From assembly GCA_013239625.1 (NCBI GenBank), contig MU053810.1:3235518-3299517 (forward strand): DNA of 64,000 nucleotides, read 5' to 3'. Positions 13,190 to 25,529 of this stretch are shown one piece after another. The notes under the pieces are model-generated. The model was not told the DNA's origin, made no database searches, and saw nothing but the letters and a program-made list of their open reading frames with translations. The position numbers and the translations under genes were made by a program. Every line of letters starts with the position of its first letter. Position 1 is the stretch's first letter. Source of the stretch: Lama guanicoe. Its lineage: Eukaryota.

Positions 13190-13720
13190 TATGTTCACTC
13201 ATTTGTTAAATGTGTGTAGAGTGTCTGCTAGGCTCCAGGCACTAGAGAAATGAATGAGTGAATGGTTTCTTCCTTCGATGACATTTACATGTGACAGACA
13301 TATAAAGGGATAATTAAAATATTACATGGCATGTGCACTGATAGGGGTTTAACAGAATGTTGTAAGAGGTGAAAAGTACCTAACCCATCCTGGGAAAAGA
13401 GAGTAGGGTTGTCCCAGAGAAAGTTTCTTGAAGGAGGTGACACCTGAGCTGAGTCTTACAAGATGAACAAGAGTTAGGCAAGAAATGGGGGACATGCATG
13501 GAGGGAGGAAGGGCATTCTAGAAAGAGGGAACAGCATAGGCAAGAAATGGCTTGGATGTACCCTTTGAGGTTATTCACACAAAATTCAGCATGGAGATTG
13601 GTGGAGAAGGAAGCTGGAGAGGTATTTAGGACCTGAGTCACAGAAGGCCTTCTGTGCCTTGTTAAGGAGCTTGCCTTTAATTCTGGAGAGACCTCAAGTG
13701 GTTATAAGCAAAGGACAGAC
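13190..13720. mobile_element. L2 LINE remnant
   Basis: ttcactcatttg...ccaggcactagaga...ggaggtgacacctgagctgagtctta...gggcattctagaaagagggaacagcataggcaa...gttaaggagcttg is typical of the L2 3' region. Confidence 0.7.
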
Positions 13721-13991
13721 ACCACTTGGCATCTTACATATATGAGTGGATCTCCATCACCTTTGTTCCTGTTCATTGCCTTTATTCCATCTCCACAACA
13801 TAAAAAGTTAATACATTTCTAAAAAGGCCACATTTTACTTCCAATCATCAGCAAATTGAGGCTCATTATGTTACAGGTATATTGGACATAAATTCTCTTT
13901 TATATTTCCTCGGATGTATTACTGCTTTTCAGTAGCAAAAATCCAACTTGGAAAAGAAAAGCTGACATTTTTATGTGCTCCACTTTTCAAG

Positions 13992-14137
13992 GTGCTGCCC
14001 CATGACTGCAAAGCTCGAAGGCTTTTTGTAACAAGTGGTGGACTTAAAAAGATTCAAGAGATAAAAGCAGAGCCTGGATCTCTCCTTCAGGAGTACATCA
14101 ACAGTATTAACAGCTGTTACCCAGAAGAAATAGTAAG
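13992..14137 (+). CDS. SPAG6: SPAG6 coding exon (probably exon 10)
   Basis: Acceptor ccacttttcaAG and donor AAG|GTGGGA; 146 nt, phase 0 to 2. Encodes VLPHDCKARRLFVTSGGLKKIQEIKAEPGSLLQEYINSINSCYPEEIV(R). Confidence 0.96.
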
Positions 14138-16351
14138 GTGGGAAAAATGGACTTTGAGAAGTTCAAAGTTATAATACAGTTCTTCTATATCTAGATTCTA
14201 TATCTACTTTGAAATCAAAATGTGGACTTTGAAATACCACATAAGACCAATGTGTACTACTCTCTTGATCTCTTTTATCCCTCAAGTTAAATGATGCTCT
14301 GATTGACACGTACATTTCCAAATCGAACTAGAATGTCATTTGAGACATTTCTGTACTAATTTAATACATGCTTTATTGAAGAGTACCCAAATACAGAGTT
14401 CAAGTTAAATTAACAATCCTTAATGTGAACCTGATTTAGAAAGAGTCTGATTTTCACCGTTCCCTGCATCTTATTTTTCTGCCTTAAGCTCACTTTCATA
14501 TCAATGAGAGTATTACAAATAGAAAAGAGATGTTGAATGGCAAAAAAGAAAGTTACTATCTATATTTGAAAAAAATAAATAATGTTCATGAAATGCAGGT
14601 GCTTGATAGTAATGTAGCAGGAAGCTCTTTTCTTTTTTGCAAATTAGATACATTTTATTAGGAAGCTATTTTCAAGATTAATTTTTTAAAATGATGTTGG
14701 TTTGCAGAGCATTAAACCTAAGTCTCAGTCCTTGTAAGACTAGAGGAGAACTAAACCACTAAACCCCAAATAAATAAGAAGGTTACCAAAAACAAAGTTA
14801 TCAAGCAACTGAATCTTGAAAAGTGTCCACAAAACATACAGAATTAAAGGCCGTTTTTATCTATATTTTTCTAATACTACACTTATTTCTTATTTTCTCT
14901 TAATTGATATTGGAGAACATAAATTCCAATGTTTAAAATTTGTTACAATTTATATAAGTTATATAAACTATAATTCCTGTTTAACATCAGTGGTTTTTAA
15001 TACATATGGTCCTGCTGATTTTAAAAGCAGAAAAATAATTTTAAGATTGAAATTTGTTCTATATTCACATGTATTCTGCCAGTAAATTCTTTCCAAAGGT
15101 ACAAGTTTATGCACTTTGGGGAGGTTTATGAGAACTTCTTGACCAAAAGAGTTTCAATAACAGCTTTGAAAATTAATATATATATATAAAATACATCCCA
15201 GGAGTAGTGTTAACATGTATATCCACTATATATAATATATGAATAAAATAACATACCCACAGGGTTATATAACATATAAAATATGTACAAAACCAGTAAA
15301 TGAAGGAAATAGGAAAATCTTTTATCAAGAATATAAAATTAATTTTTATACATGGAATGTATGTCCCTTCAGGAAGAATGCTTTCAGTGCAATTTTCTAA
15401 TATAAACAAAATTATAGAAAAATGAAAAAAAGCAAACTAAAGGGCTCCCCAAATGGAGTGACCTATTAGAATCAACCAATGGAAAGGTACTTCCTTGAGT
15501 AGAAGTCTTCTTTCTACTCCTTTCTAGGATTATTTTACAGAGCACTAGGGGAAATCAAAAACTCGTATTAGAATTGGATCTGCTGCTTTGCCAAAATACC
15601 ATTGTAAATTCCACTTCTTATATTCTGTGATCTGGGATTTCATTTTAAAAACTGGCTAATTATGAAGAATTTTGGTTCGCCAACTGTTTCTAGTTTCTGA
15701 TATTTTTTTTAAGCATTAGATTCTGTAGAACTTAGAGGAGTTTTATAGAATTCTTTGAAACCTTGTCTTTCTATGAAAACAGACAAATATGATCTCAAAA
15801 GGGTTTTATTTTTTGCTATCGTAATTCTCAAAAATGACTTGGTGACTATTTTAGCATTATTCCTTATAAGACACAGTATCAGTGGATATATTCTCTCAGC
15901 TGTTTTCAGCCTAAACATTTATTTCATATTACCTCCTAATTTTAGCAGTCTTTAAAGATGTTTAATAAAGGTGGTTGGTATGATGAAAGGGAAGGGGCCC
16001 AGGACTAGATGTCAGAAGACCTAAGTTCTAGTCCTGGGCCATCCTACAGCCGGAAAGTATGTTTGGAACTCTTGTCTTCTGGATTTCTGCCTAAACTGGG
16101 AAGGGGAGGTTGCTCTTAGGAAACATCTAATTTGGGGGCGGGGGGGGGGAGGCGTGCATACAGTCTTCCAGTAGGCACATTTCTGGTATGATAACAATAG
16201 AATAGCCCAAATTCTACCTGGGTCTAGGGTGAGGTTGATTCCCCTATATTCTTAAAGGCCATACAGAGGTAAGTCGAAATAGCAGTGGTTGACAGCAGAA
16301 GAAAGGAATTTCCAGGGCTTTTGGGGAGGTTTATTTTGGTTCTTTCATAAG

Positions 16352-16580
16352 GAGTATGGCTAAAAGCTCAGACTTAGGTATCAAACAGATCGAAATTCCT
16401 ATCTCAGTCCCAACTACTTAGTAATGTGACTTTGGAGATACTACTTAACCCTCTTAGCCACTTTCCTCATCTGTAAAATGTGGATCGTTACCTACTTCTT
16501 AGAGTTGCTATCAGGATTAAGTGAGATAATGTTTAGCTAAAGGGTTTGCGCATGGGAAGAATTCAACTCAGTAAATATTT
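16352..16580. mobile_element. MIR SINE remnant
   Basis: tgtgactttggagatactacttaacc...tttcctcatctgtaaaatg...aggattaagtgagataatg is the MIR core. Confidence 0.75.
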
Positions 16581-17212
16581 TATAGTCCTCTGTGGGTGCC
16601 CCTATTCTCTTTTTTATATCCAGGTTAAATCACATTATTAGGTGGATCAAACTTAACATTATAATAATACCGGGGAAACTGAGTAGCAGCACTTGGCCAC
16701 TTATCATTTTTTCACTATTTGTTTTGATGATAAATGTATATCAAGCAAATATTTGTGTCATTTTTTTGCCAATATAAAAGACATAAACAAAGATTCTGGT
16801 TAGATTTAAATTGCTTTTAATTGCTAATGTAAAGGGTTCCACACTTTTTTCTAATGGAAAGCTGCTTTTGAATGCCTTAGCATCAGACAGATTCTAACTG
16901 GTAGGGGGTTTCTGACAGTTAATGGACAACCTGATGTACTTATTTACAGGATCATATACCAAGATAACGTACATGTGTGCATTTATGAGCAGTTGGGTAG
17001 TGCTAAATTTAGCATTCTGCTGATGGGGGTGAGCAGTATAAGTCCTCCCTTAGCACATTTCCTACCCTGTGGGGAATCCTGGGGATTGTGGCATCTCCAG
17101 GTCCCCGGGGAGGGAAATATGCAGTGGCAGTTTGCTTGGCAATTAGCCAGGTAAAACCTCAAGGATTATTGGTAGATTCTGATTGATTTGTTGGGGAAGC
17201 TTTATTTTAAAG

Positions 17213-17724
17213 TAATGCTATCCAATAGAAATATAATGTGAGCCACATATGTCATTTAAAATTTTCTAGTAACCATATTTTAAAAAAAGTAAAATGGAAC
17301 AGGGTAAATAAATATTAATGATGTATTTTTCTTAGTCCAATATATCTAAGTATTATAATTTCAACTTGTAATTAACATAAAAACTATTAATGAGCTATTT
17401 TACATTTTTTTGTCCTAAGTTTTTGAAGTCTGGTAGGTAGTTACCACTTTCTGCACATCTCAATTCAGATACTAAATTTCCTTAGAAATACTTGATCTAT
17501 ATTTAGCTTATGTTAAGTTTACAATTGAAAAGTATATTCACAAGTTCTTACAAACACACCTAAATTTTTTGCAATAAATGAATCAAATATCAGTTTTTAA
17601 TATTTAATTAAAATTAAATAGACAAAAATTCAGTCCCTTAGTTATATTTCTCGCATTCACATTCCCCTTATTTCTAGGGCTTGCGAACCACACAAAGCTA
17701 GTGGCTACCATATGAAACAGCACA
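17213..17724. mobile_element. hAT-Charlie DNA transposon derivative (MER33/MER3-like)
   Basis: Left end tgctatccaatagaaatataatgtgagccacatatg...tttaaaattttctagt; right end gctagtggctaccatatgaaacagcaca. Confidence 0.7.
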
Positions 17725-19003
17725 ATTTTCAAGTTTTGGTTTTCTAAATCTACTTTTTACCCTTTCTCTAAAAAGTACCTATCTTGTGTCTAACACATTT
17801 ATAAGACCTGGGAAGGTGAAGACTGATTTAAAATTTGTGACTAACTCAGTGAGAAACAGTTATAACTTCCTTCATTTAGGAGTACTTTGAAGAGACTCAC
17901 TGTTGGGGGACAATTTTTTTGAGGGTAGGAAGCCTTTAGAGGAGAAACATCCTTTAAGGTAGCTCGTTATGCATGCATGTATGTATCTGTTTATCTATGA
18001 CTGTTTGTAAGCACACTATTGAGAAAAACAGCTCTGTTTTATCCACCTTAACCTGACAAATTGTGGAAGAAATTAATGTAATATAAATTATGAGCTTTTA
18101 AGTCAGGCATTTGAGGATAAAGATAATTAACAAAGGATAAAACAAGTCTTGAACATTAGGTTTTTTTTTTTTTTTTAATTTGGAGAAAACACCTTAGAAG
18201 GTTTAATTATTTTGAATATTTGGGGAAATTTTTAATTACACCTACCTAGCTTTTTTATCCATTTATTCTAGAATGTCTGCCAAAATTTTTGACATAATTT
18301 TATATGCATATAAATTCTTTCCATGGTTTATGAAGCACCCCACAATGCATTAATCAACATATGTAATACTTTTATACTATATATTTTATAAAATGTTAAA
18401 TTTGTAAGTATAAATTTATAGTACTATAGATGCCCCAAACCAATGAAAATGATTAATTTCCTAGGTGTGTATGCTGGGCTGTTTGTAAACTATTTATTAA
18501 ATAGTTCTTTAATGTGAATGATACTCCCAGAAATTTTTGGTCTTGTGAGTGACCAGATCTAATTAAAACATACATTGAGAATAATCTATCTGTAAGGCAG
18601 TCAGAACGCAGGCATTGGTTAGTAATGATAGACTGTGTTGTCTAACTTGTGGGAAAAACCCTATTAGCTGTGATAATCAAAGCAGCATCAGTCACTTGAC
18701 ATAATACAGACTAAGTCTCTGTAATAAAATACTGTCACTAGATCCAAGTTTTCTGCTTTGGAAATACCCCTTCTTTGCCACTGCAATGACACCCCTTAAA
18801 TGTCCTGCTATTTACCTAACATGGTCTTCCTGGATCATCTCTAACCTCATGCACAAAGCATTCCTGGAGCATCACTGGTCAGTGTATTTGAAGTTTCCCT
18901 CATAAGATTATTTCAAATAAATATCTAATGTTGAATCTTTTGTGCCTACCGTGCTGAATCTTTTCACACACACAAAGATCTAATAGAAAATTTTCTTTTT
19001 CAG

Positions 19004-19073
19004 GTATTACTCTCCTGGATATTCAGACACACTTCTGCAGAGAGTGGACAGCTATCAACCACTTACTCACTGA
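19004..19073 (+). CDS. SPAG6: SPAG6 terminal coding exon (probably exon 11) with stop codon
   Basis: Acceptor ttttctttttcAG; phase 2 start completes AGG, then YYSPGYSDTLLQRVDSYQPLTH and TGA at 19071-19073. Matches the SPAG6 C-terminus. Confidence 0.97.
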
Positions 19074-20750
19074 ACAAAGTTGTAACTATACAAATTCATA
19101 GAAGAATGTCTCAAAATAGTTGAACGAAATACATTCTAGGTTTATTCAATGGCAAATATCTTTGGATTATATTTTCTAAATTTAGGTAGTACTTTAAGAA
19201 TTAGTGGCTTGAATATATGTGGAACTATTCGTGGTCATTGGTATTGGATTTGTTCTAAAGGTAAATTTTAAAAAGACATTAAAGAATCTTAAGGCATTTG
19301 TTATTGTTCTGTTAAAGACCACACACACACTTTCAACTAGATGGAGATGAAAGAGGATGTTCAAAAACTCTTAAGATATTTTGAAAGAGGACATGGATGA
19401 CAAAGTACAGGGCATTTGAAAGACACACTGATGTTAGTTGTATAAATGTGCTAACCCAACACATGGAATCTATGTCAGTTTTCCTAAGAAATTAGGAAGC
19501 TCTCCTCTTCATCCCAAGTTTTCTAACTCCTTTGTTATTCTACCTAAACTCTACCCTTGCCTTTCCTGGGGCTGGAGAGGGTGGAAGTCAGTATGAAGCA
19601 TTATACAGACACGCTTTTCATTTTCACTGAAAGATTTCCTCTGAGTCTAGCCCTGCTCATGAATAAACAAGGAAGCAGGCAAGTAAGATCCTCAGCGTTC
19701 CCTTGTCCTTGCTTCACTTTCCCAAGTTTCAAAAGTCAGATTCAAGGAATAATTTGAAAAGAATACCATCAGACTCAGACTTCACATACATTTTCATCTA
19801 CGGAGCTGAAAGGGTGAGAGGGAGTTGCAATGAAATTTTAAGTAAAAGCAGCATTAGAATTGTCTCTTTCATTTTTCGTATCTAGTGTGTTTCTGACCTT
19901 GGGGAATATGTGATTAGACTGAGGAGTTTTAGTTGGCATGTGTGTCTTTTTTTAAAATCTAAAGGGACATTCCTTACAGTGATGGCCGGGGAGGCCTGGA
20001 GAGGAGGTAAATGGTGACACTTGGACACAGTGTTTCCGTCTGGTTGGCTTTCAGGTTTCCTTCTTGGACTCTTTCTTCTTTTCCCCTTCAAAAGAAAGCT
20101 ACCCATTTATTTTTGGCATTTTCTGGATTTACCTCTGTCATCATTTCCCAACAGTGAAGTTTTGTTGCATCTTTTTAAAACTTCATCATACCCAAGATTG
20201 TCTCATTTCTTTTTACCTTGTATCAATCTAGGATTGCCTCTAGTTTGACTTTTTAGTATGTTTTTTGGGCCTATTTTGTTTCCTTGCAGTAATTTCATTG
20301 ATCCATTGCATAAGAGGATGTAATTTTTATCTGCAATTTTGTGGATCCCCTTTTCTCTTTCCTGCCTGCCCAGCTTCTCCTATGAACATTTTAGCAATCT
20401 GAGAAAATAAAAGTAGTTTTCACCTGTCTTCATTAATACTATTTTTCTTAGATGACAGTGTTAATCATGACAGAAACTAGTCAGTCTATCTGGGATAAGA
20501 CCTCCTCAAATGTTATGAGAATGGTGAATTTCCTGTTATGTATTTCTTGCTATCTCGTGTTGTATTTGAAATTTTTCACTTCTTAACATCATACTTATCA
20601 AAGAGTTTTAAACTAAGAAAAATAAGATATTTAATAGAATTTGGATGGGTGCTTTAATCTGATCATATGTAATTTATTTCATATGTTATGAAATGTTTCT
20701 TGACATGAAACACTTAAAGCAAAATAAAGCTTTCTTTATTCTTTGAAAAA
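19074..20750 (+). terminator. SPAG6: SPAG6 3' UTR region with candidate polyadenylation signals
   Basis: ATTAAA at 19278-19283; AATAAA at 19662-19667, 20406-20411 and 20723-20728. Which signal is used cannot be determined from sequence. Confidence 0.45.
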
Positions 20751-21623
20751 ACTCTATTATGAGGCTTTAAAAAATATTTTTCTACTTGTGCTAGAGGAAA
20801 AATAGTGTCTCTCAATGATGCTATCCTTTGATATTTTCACCCCAGTTTGAATTTTGTCAATTCTAATTCTCTGGGCTGACCAACCTGCCTTATTGTTTCC
20901 TCTGCCCCCCGCCGCCCCTCCTCCGCAGTTTATTTAAAAATCAACTCTCATTAGGATATCCCATTTACCTTATATGAACAACAATTTATTTTTAGGGCTT
21001 TAGCTCAGGAACAGAATGGTTGAATTGTATTGTTGGTTAAACCTTATTATTACTCATTCAGTTCACCTGTTGTGGAAATAAGTGCACGTCTATCAGTGAT
21101 GCTTGAAAGGAGATGATAGAAATCTGGGTTCTAGGCATGTCTGTTAAATAGTAAGAGTGATCATTCTTGCTCAGCTTACTCATAAGATGCTTATAAAGAT
21201 AACTTGCAATGATGCATGTAACAATTTTGTAAACTGTTCCATTCTGTGCAAACCAGTATGTGATTTATGGGCAATCTGATAGTCGATGACAGATTACACA
21301 TTTTGGCCAGCACTTGGGCACCCAGGCCCCATACTCTTAGATAAGTGGAGTTTATACCAGATGATTTATGATAAAGAAAAGCTAAATTTCCTGCCCTCAT
21401 GGAGTTTTCTAATATAAACACATTTGCCCAGACACAGAGAGTAAAACAAGCACAGGACACAGAGCACCAAGCGGGCATTTTCCATGCAGTGTGTGAAAGC
21501 AAATGACCACCTCATATTTACAGGAGGCTGACCTGTTTTTCTAACCTTTCCTCTCCAACCACCCTCTTAAAGACAGGATTAAAGATTTGCCTGTTTCTAA
21601 ACTTGATTTGAGGTTCTGCTTAA

Positions 21624-21861
21624 CATAAACCTTGACCTTAAATTCCTGGGTGAGGCCATCTCCAATCCAAGATGTCAAGTTTAGAAACTAACCTTGGAAG
21701 AATGAAGGATTTGTCTGCTGTGTTTTCAAATCTCCAACCCTTTCCTTAAATTCATAAACCTTGACCTTAAATTCCTGGGTGAGGCCATCTCCAATCTAAG
21801 ATGTCAAATGTAGAAACTGACCTCGAAAGCATGAAGGATTTGTCTGCTGTGTTTTCAAATC
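21624..21861. repeat. Two-copy tandem duplication, 129-bp period
   Basis: 21624-21732 and 21753-21861 align without gaps over 109 bp with 7 mismatches. Confidence 0.95.
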
Positions 21862-22084
21862 GCCTAACTTTGATTAAGTTAGATGCTAGCAAATGTTGAG
21901 GCTTGTGTATACTGTGCCTTATTTTGCCACAAAATTCACTGTGTAGACAAGACTAATTTGAAGCTCTTCTAAGTTTCAGAGATTAAAAGGATCAAATGAC
22001 AGTCTTAACTGTAACTGTTGTACTTACCACTTAGTTAAGGCACTTTGGACATTTTTTAGGTTTAAACTGGCTTTTATTTTTTAT

Positions 22085-22526
22085 CATTTTATTATTGCAT
22101 AGTTGATTTATAATATATGTGTTATGCAGTCAAATATAATAATTTAAAATATTTTATGTCTTATGTAGGTATACAGCACAGTGATTCAACATTTCTATAG
22201 ATTATACTTCATCTAAAGTTGTTATAAAATATTGACTGTATTTAAGGTGCTGTTTAATATATCTTCATAGTTTGTTTTATACATAATAGTATGTACCTCT
22301 TAATATTACCCTTACATCTATTTTATCTCCCTCCCCTATTCCTCTCCCCACTGGTAACCACTATTTGTTCTCTATGACTGTGAGTCTGCTTCTGTTTTGT
22401 TATATCCATTCCTTTGTTTTAGTTTTTAGATTCCACATAGAGGTGATATCATACGGTATTAGTCTTTCTATGTCTGACTTACTTCACTAAGTATAATACC
22501 CTCCAAGTCCACCCATGCTGTTGCAT
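22085..22526 (-). mobile_element. 5'-truncated L1 3' end
   Basis: catagttgattta...cccactggtaaccact...tgtgagtctg...agattccacata...tctgacttacttcactaagtataata...ccatgctgttgca is the reverse complement of an L1 3' UTR and ORF2 end. Confidence 0.85.
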
Positions 22527-25500
22527 CTTTTACCTTGTTTTGTTACTGACAACTGTAAGGCGGGAAGGAGAAGAGGAGGAATTAGGACCATTGATTTGCA
22601 GCATGTCTTACTGACAGTTAAATACAGTGGTTTGTTCTGTTTTCTGCCACTCGAGGGTTATTTAATTAAATTCATGACCTAGGATGCTAACCAGCTGCAC
22701 ATCTAAAATAATTGCTTCTCTGTTGGTGAGATGTAAAGCTGGGATTGATTTTTCCCCTGGCCGATGGCTCTCCTTTCTGAGTCATGAATGTCATCTCCAC
22801 TCTCCCCCCACCTCCCCACATAATTTGATCTCTGTATTTGATCCCTATTTAGTATACACTTTGCTAAACAGATGTCTGAGTAATTAAAATCCCACATGGG
22901 CACACTCATCAGTGAGTTACATCTATTTAACAGTCAGCTTGGAAATTTCTCACCCCGGCTCTTCTCCCATCCTGGTGTCATCTGTCACTGGCCTCTAGCA
23001 GGCTTTAAATATTAGAGTTCCTGCCTCCATAGAACCTCTCTTTTCATTTTCTGATTGCATTTTCCTCAGAAGTCCCTCATCTCTTTCTCTTTCGACTCAC
23101 CTGGATTTCTTTTCTACCAGCACTCACATTCTCATTGGATGAATCATCCTATATTTCATTCATGCCAGCACCAGCAATAATTTAAAAAAAAAAATCAGAA
23201 CAATGATGGCGGAACCATGGATTGAGTGTCTTTTATTTCTTTCCCCTGAGGCACAGCCAAATATTTCATTCTGAACAATCCCCTCATTTTTTTTTTTAAA
23301 CTATTTGAGATTAAATACTGGGAACCTGTTTGGTGGCTACAGGTCACTGAAGGCTTTTGATGGCCAAGATTTACAGAAGGAAAGAATGTGGACTTGGAGC
23401 AGGAAAAGGAAGTTAGGAAGGACTTATTACACAAGATTTACTCACTTTTGAGAGAGGATTTAGATAGAAATTTATGAAAATGTTTATACTTAAAAGAGGT
23501 AACATTCTTATAAATCTTGATACTGATATAACAATACATAAAACTTAGGTTAATGCTGAATTTATAATAGGTAAAAAAATTTCCTTTGCAGTTGATGATG
23601 CATATTGATTTTAAGAACATATTCATTTTGAAATGAGTACAGAATACATGTATCTTTTCCAATACCTATCATCTGAGACTTGAACAAAACCAGACAAATC
23701 AGTGAGCAACAAGCATATAACAAAAGGATTCTTTATCTTCCTACTTTTAGATAGAGTTCTGGTGCATTTAACGTGGACCATTTTATGGATGTAAGTTTAT
23801 CAGAACATGCATGTTTCTTGTGAAGTTCCTTTGTATTCAGGACATTGGGAAAAATAAGGTTATCAAAAAACAAGCAGAAAGTTCAGAGGTTAACTAATAC
23901 TGTTTTAGCTCTATGAGAGCAAACTCTAAAACTATTTGTATCAACTTTAGTACCATGATTGTATTTTAAAACTGCGTGAAAATCCTATTGTGCAATTGAG
24001 CTTCATTTTGGTCGTTTAGACATAACTTCTAGCCTTGTTATCTGAACTAACAAAGGCCAGGTAAATAAACAGAGACATAAATTAACTACAGGATTCTTAG
24101 ACAAACAGTGATACGAAGTACGAGCTGGTATTTCAGGAAGGTAAACGAGCTCAAAGTGGTGAGAAAGCTGTGAGTGTGATGGCTCTCTCTGTTTATCATC
24201 CAGCATCAGTACAGACCTGATAGCTCGTGAGCTAGGACGATTTTCATCCTCCCCACACTCAGGATAACCGCGGCTCGCCTGTTCCCCAGCTCTCTCCCCT
24301 CCACGCAGCTTGTGTTTAATCTACTTAAAGTCCAGGGCACTTCTTTCTCTGATCCAAGCCTTGTAAGTCTTGTTTTCCCTCCAGTCATTCCTTATTACAT
24401 GTCTATCCACGCTCTGCTGGTCAGCTTCTTTCAGATCATTAAAAAAAAAAAAAAGACTAATTCCAATAACCCATTTCTGGCTTCCCACTGCCTTGGTGTC
24501 AATTGGGGAGAATATTTTCTGACCTCCTTACAAAGTTGTGAGGGTCGAATGAGCTCTTGTGGATGGAAGGGCTGTACACGTGGTTACACGTGGCCAAGGG
24601 GCTTGGGCTCCAGCCCCAGCTGCCTGGGTCAAGGGCAGCTTCTACCACTCTGGGGCTGTATGAGCTTCAGCCTGCTGCTTACCTTTTCTGTGCTTCAGTT
24701 TCCTAATATGGAAAATGGAGATCAAAAAACTACCTAAGTCTGAGATTGTTTAGTGATGGTTACATGAGACAATTCATGCATATTGCAAAGTCAGTACATG
24801 CTAAAAACAGCCTCTGTTTTAAGCCCCAGCAGGTGTTAGCACAACTGCAGGCATCTGTGAGCTTCCTCACAGCCTCCTCTCTCCAGTCGCGCCTCTGGGA
24901 CTCGTGCTCATTCAGGCACTAAAGAAAGCTAGGCCATACCCCTTAGGCGTGGTCTGTGACATCTAAAGACACCTTTGAGGATTGGCAGGTACTTTCTAAC
25001 AATTGCCTCCCTCTCAAAATTGTGTTCACTCTGCGTGGCTTGGCTTCTCCTCTAATGACTTATTTATGTTGGTATTTCAGTTTGTTGCCTGTTTGTACTT
25101 AAAGCTACAAAAATACAGCTTCCTAATATGGAAAATGGGGAGAGGAAGAGTATCTACCCCTAGGTTTGCAATGAGATTAAATCAAGCAAACCCCTTCCAG
25201 AGAAGACAGGGAAGCACAATATTCTAGGGGTGCTTTTGAAAAAGAAATTGGAAAAAAAGCATTTGTAATCCAAATACCATCACTTTATAAGCATGAAATA
25301 AGGTGGAAACACAAAACAAAACATGCAAAAAGCAAATATCTTGCATTCTAAAAATGGGATAAATGATTCTTCCAAATGAACTCTCCTCTTCAAAGTCGTT
25401 TGCTCTGAACTCTTAATATATAACCCATAATACAATGATGATGTTTTTGCCCAAAAGGTGTTGGGGTTTCTTCTTTGAAAAGGCTTTTAAGGACCTTGGT

Positions 25501-25529
25501 GCAAATACTAACTCCGCCATTTTGTATTT

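Noticed and set aside
21624..21861. Repeat-spacer-repeat pattern as a CRISPR-like array
   Set aside because: Two 109-bp copies in mammalian DNA with no cas genes. A simple tandem duplication.
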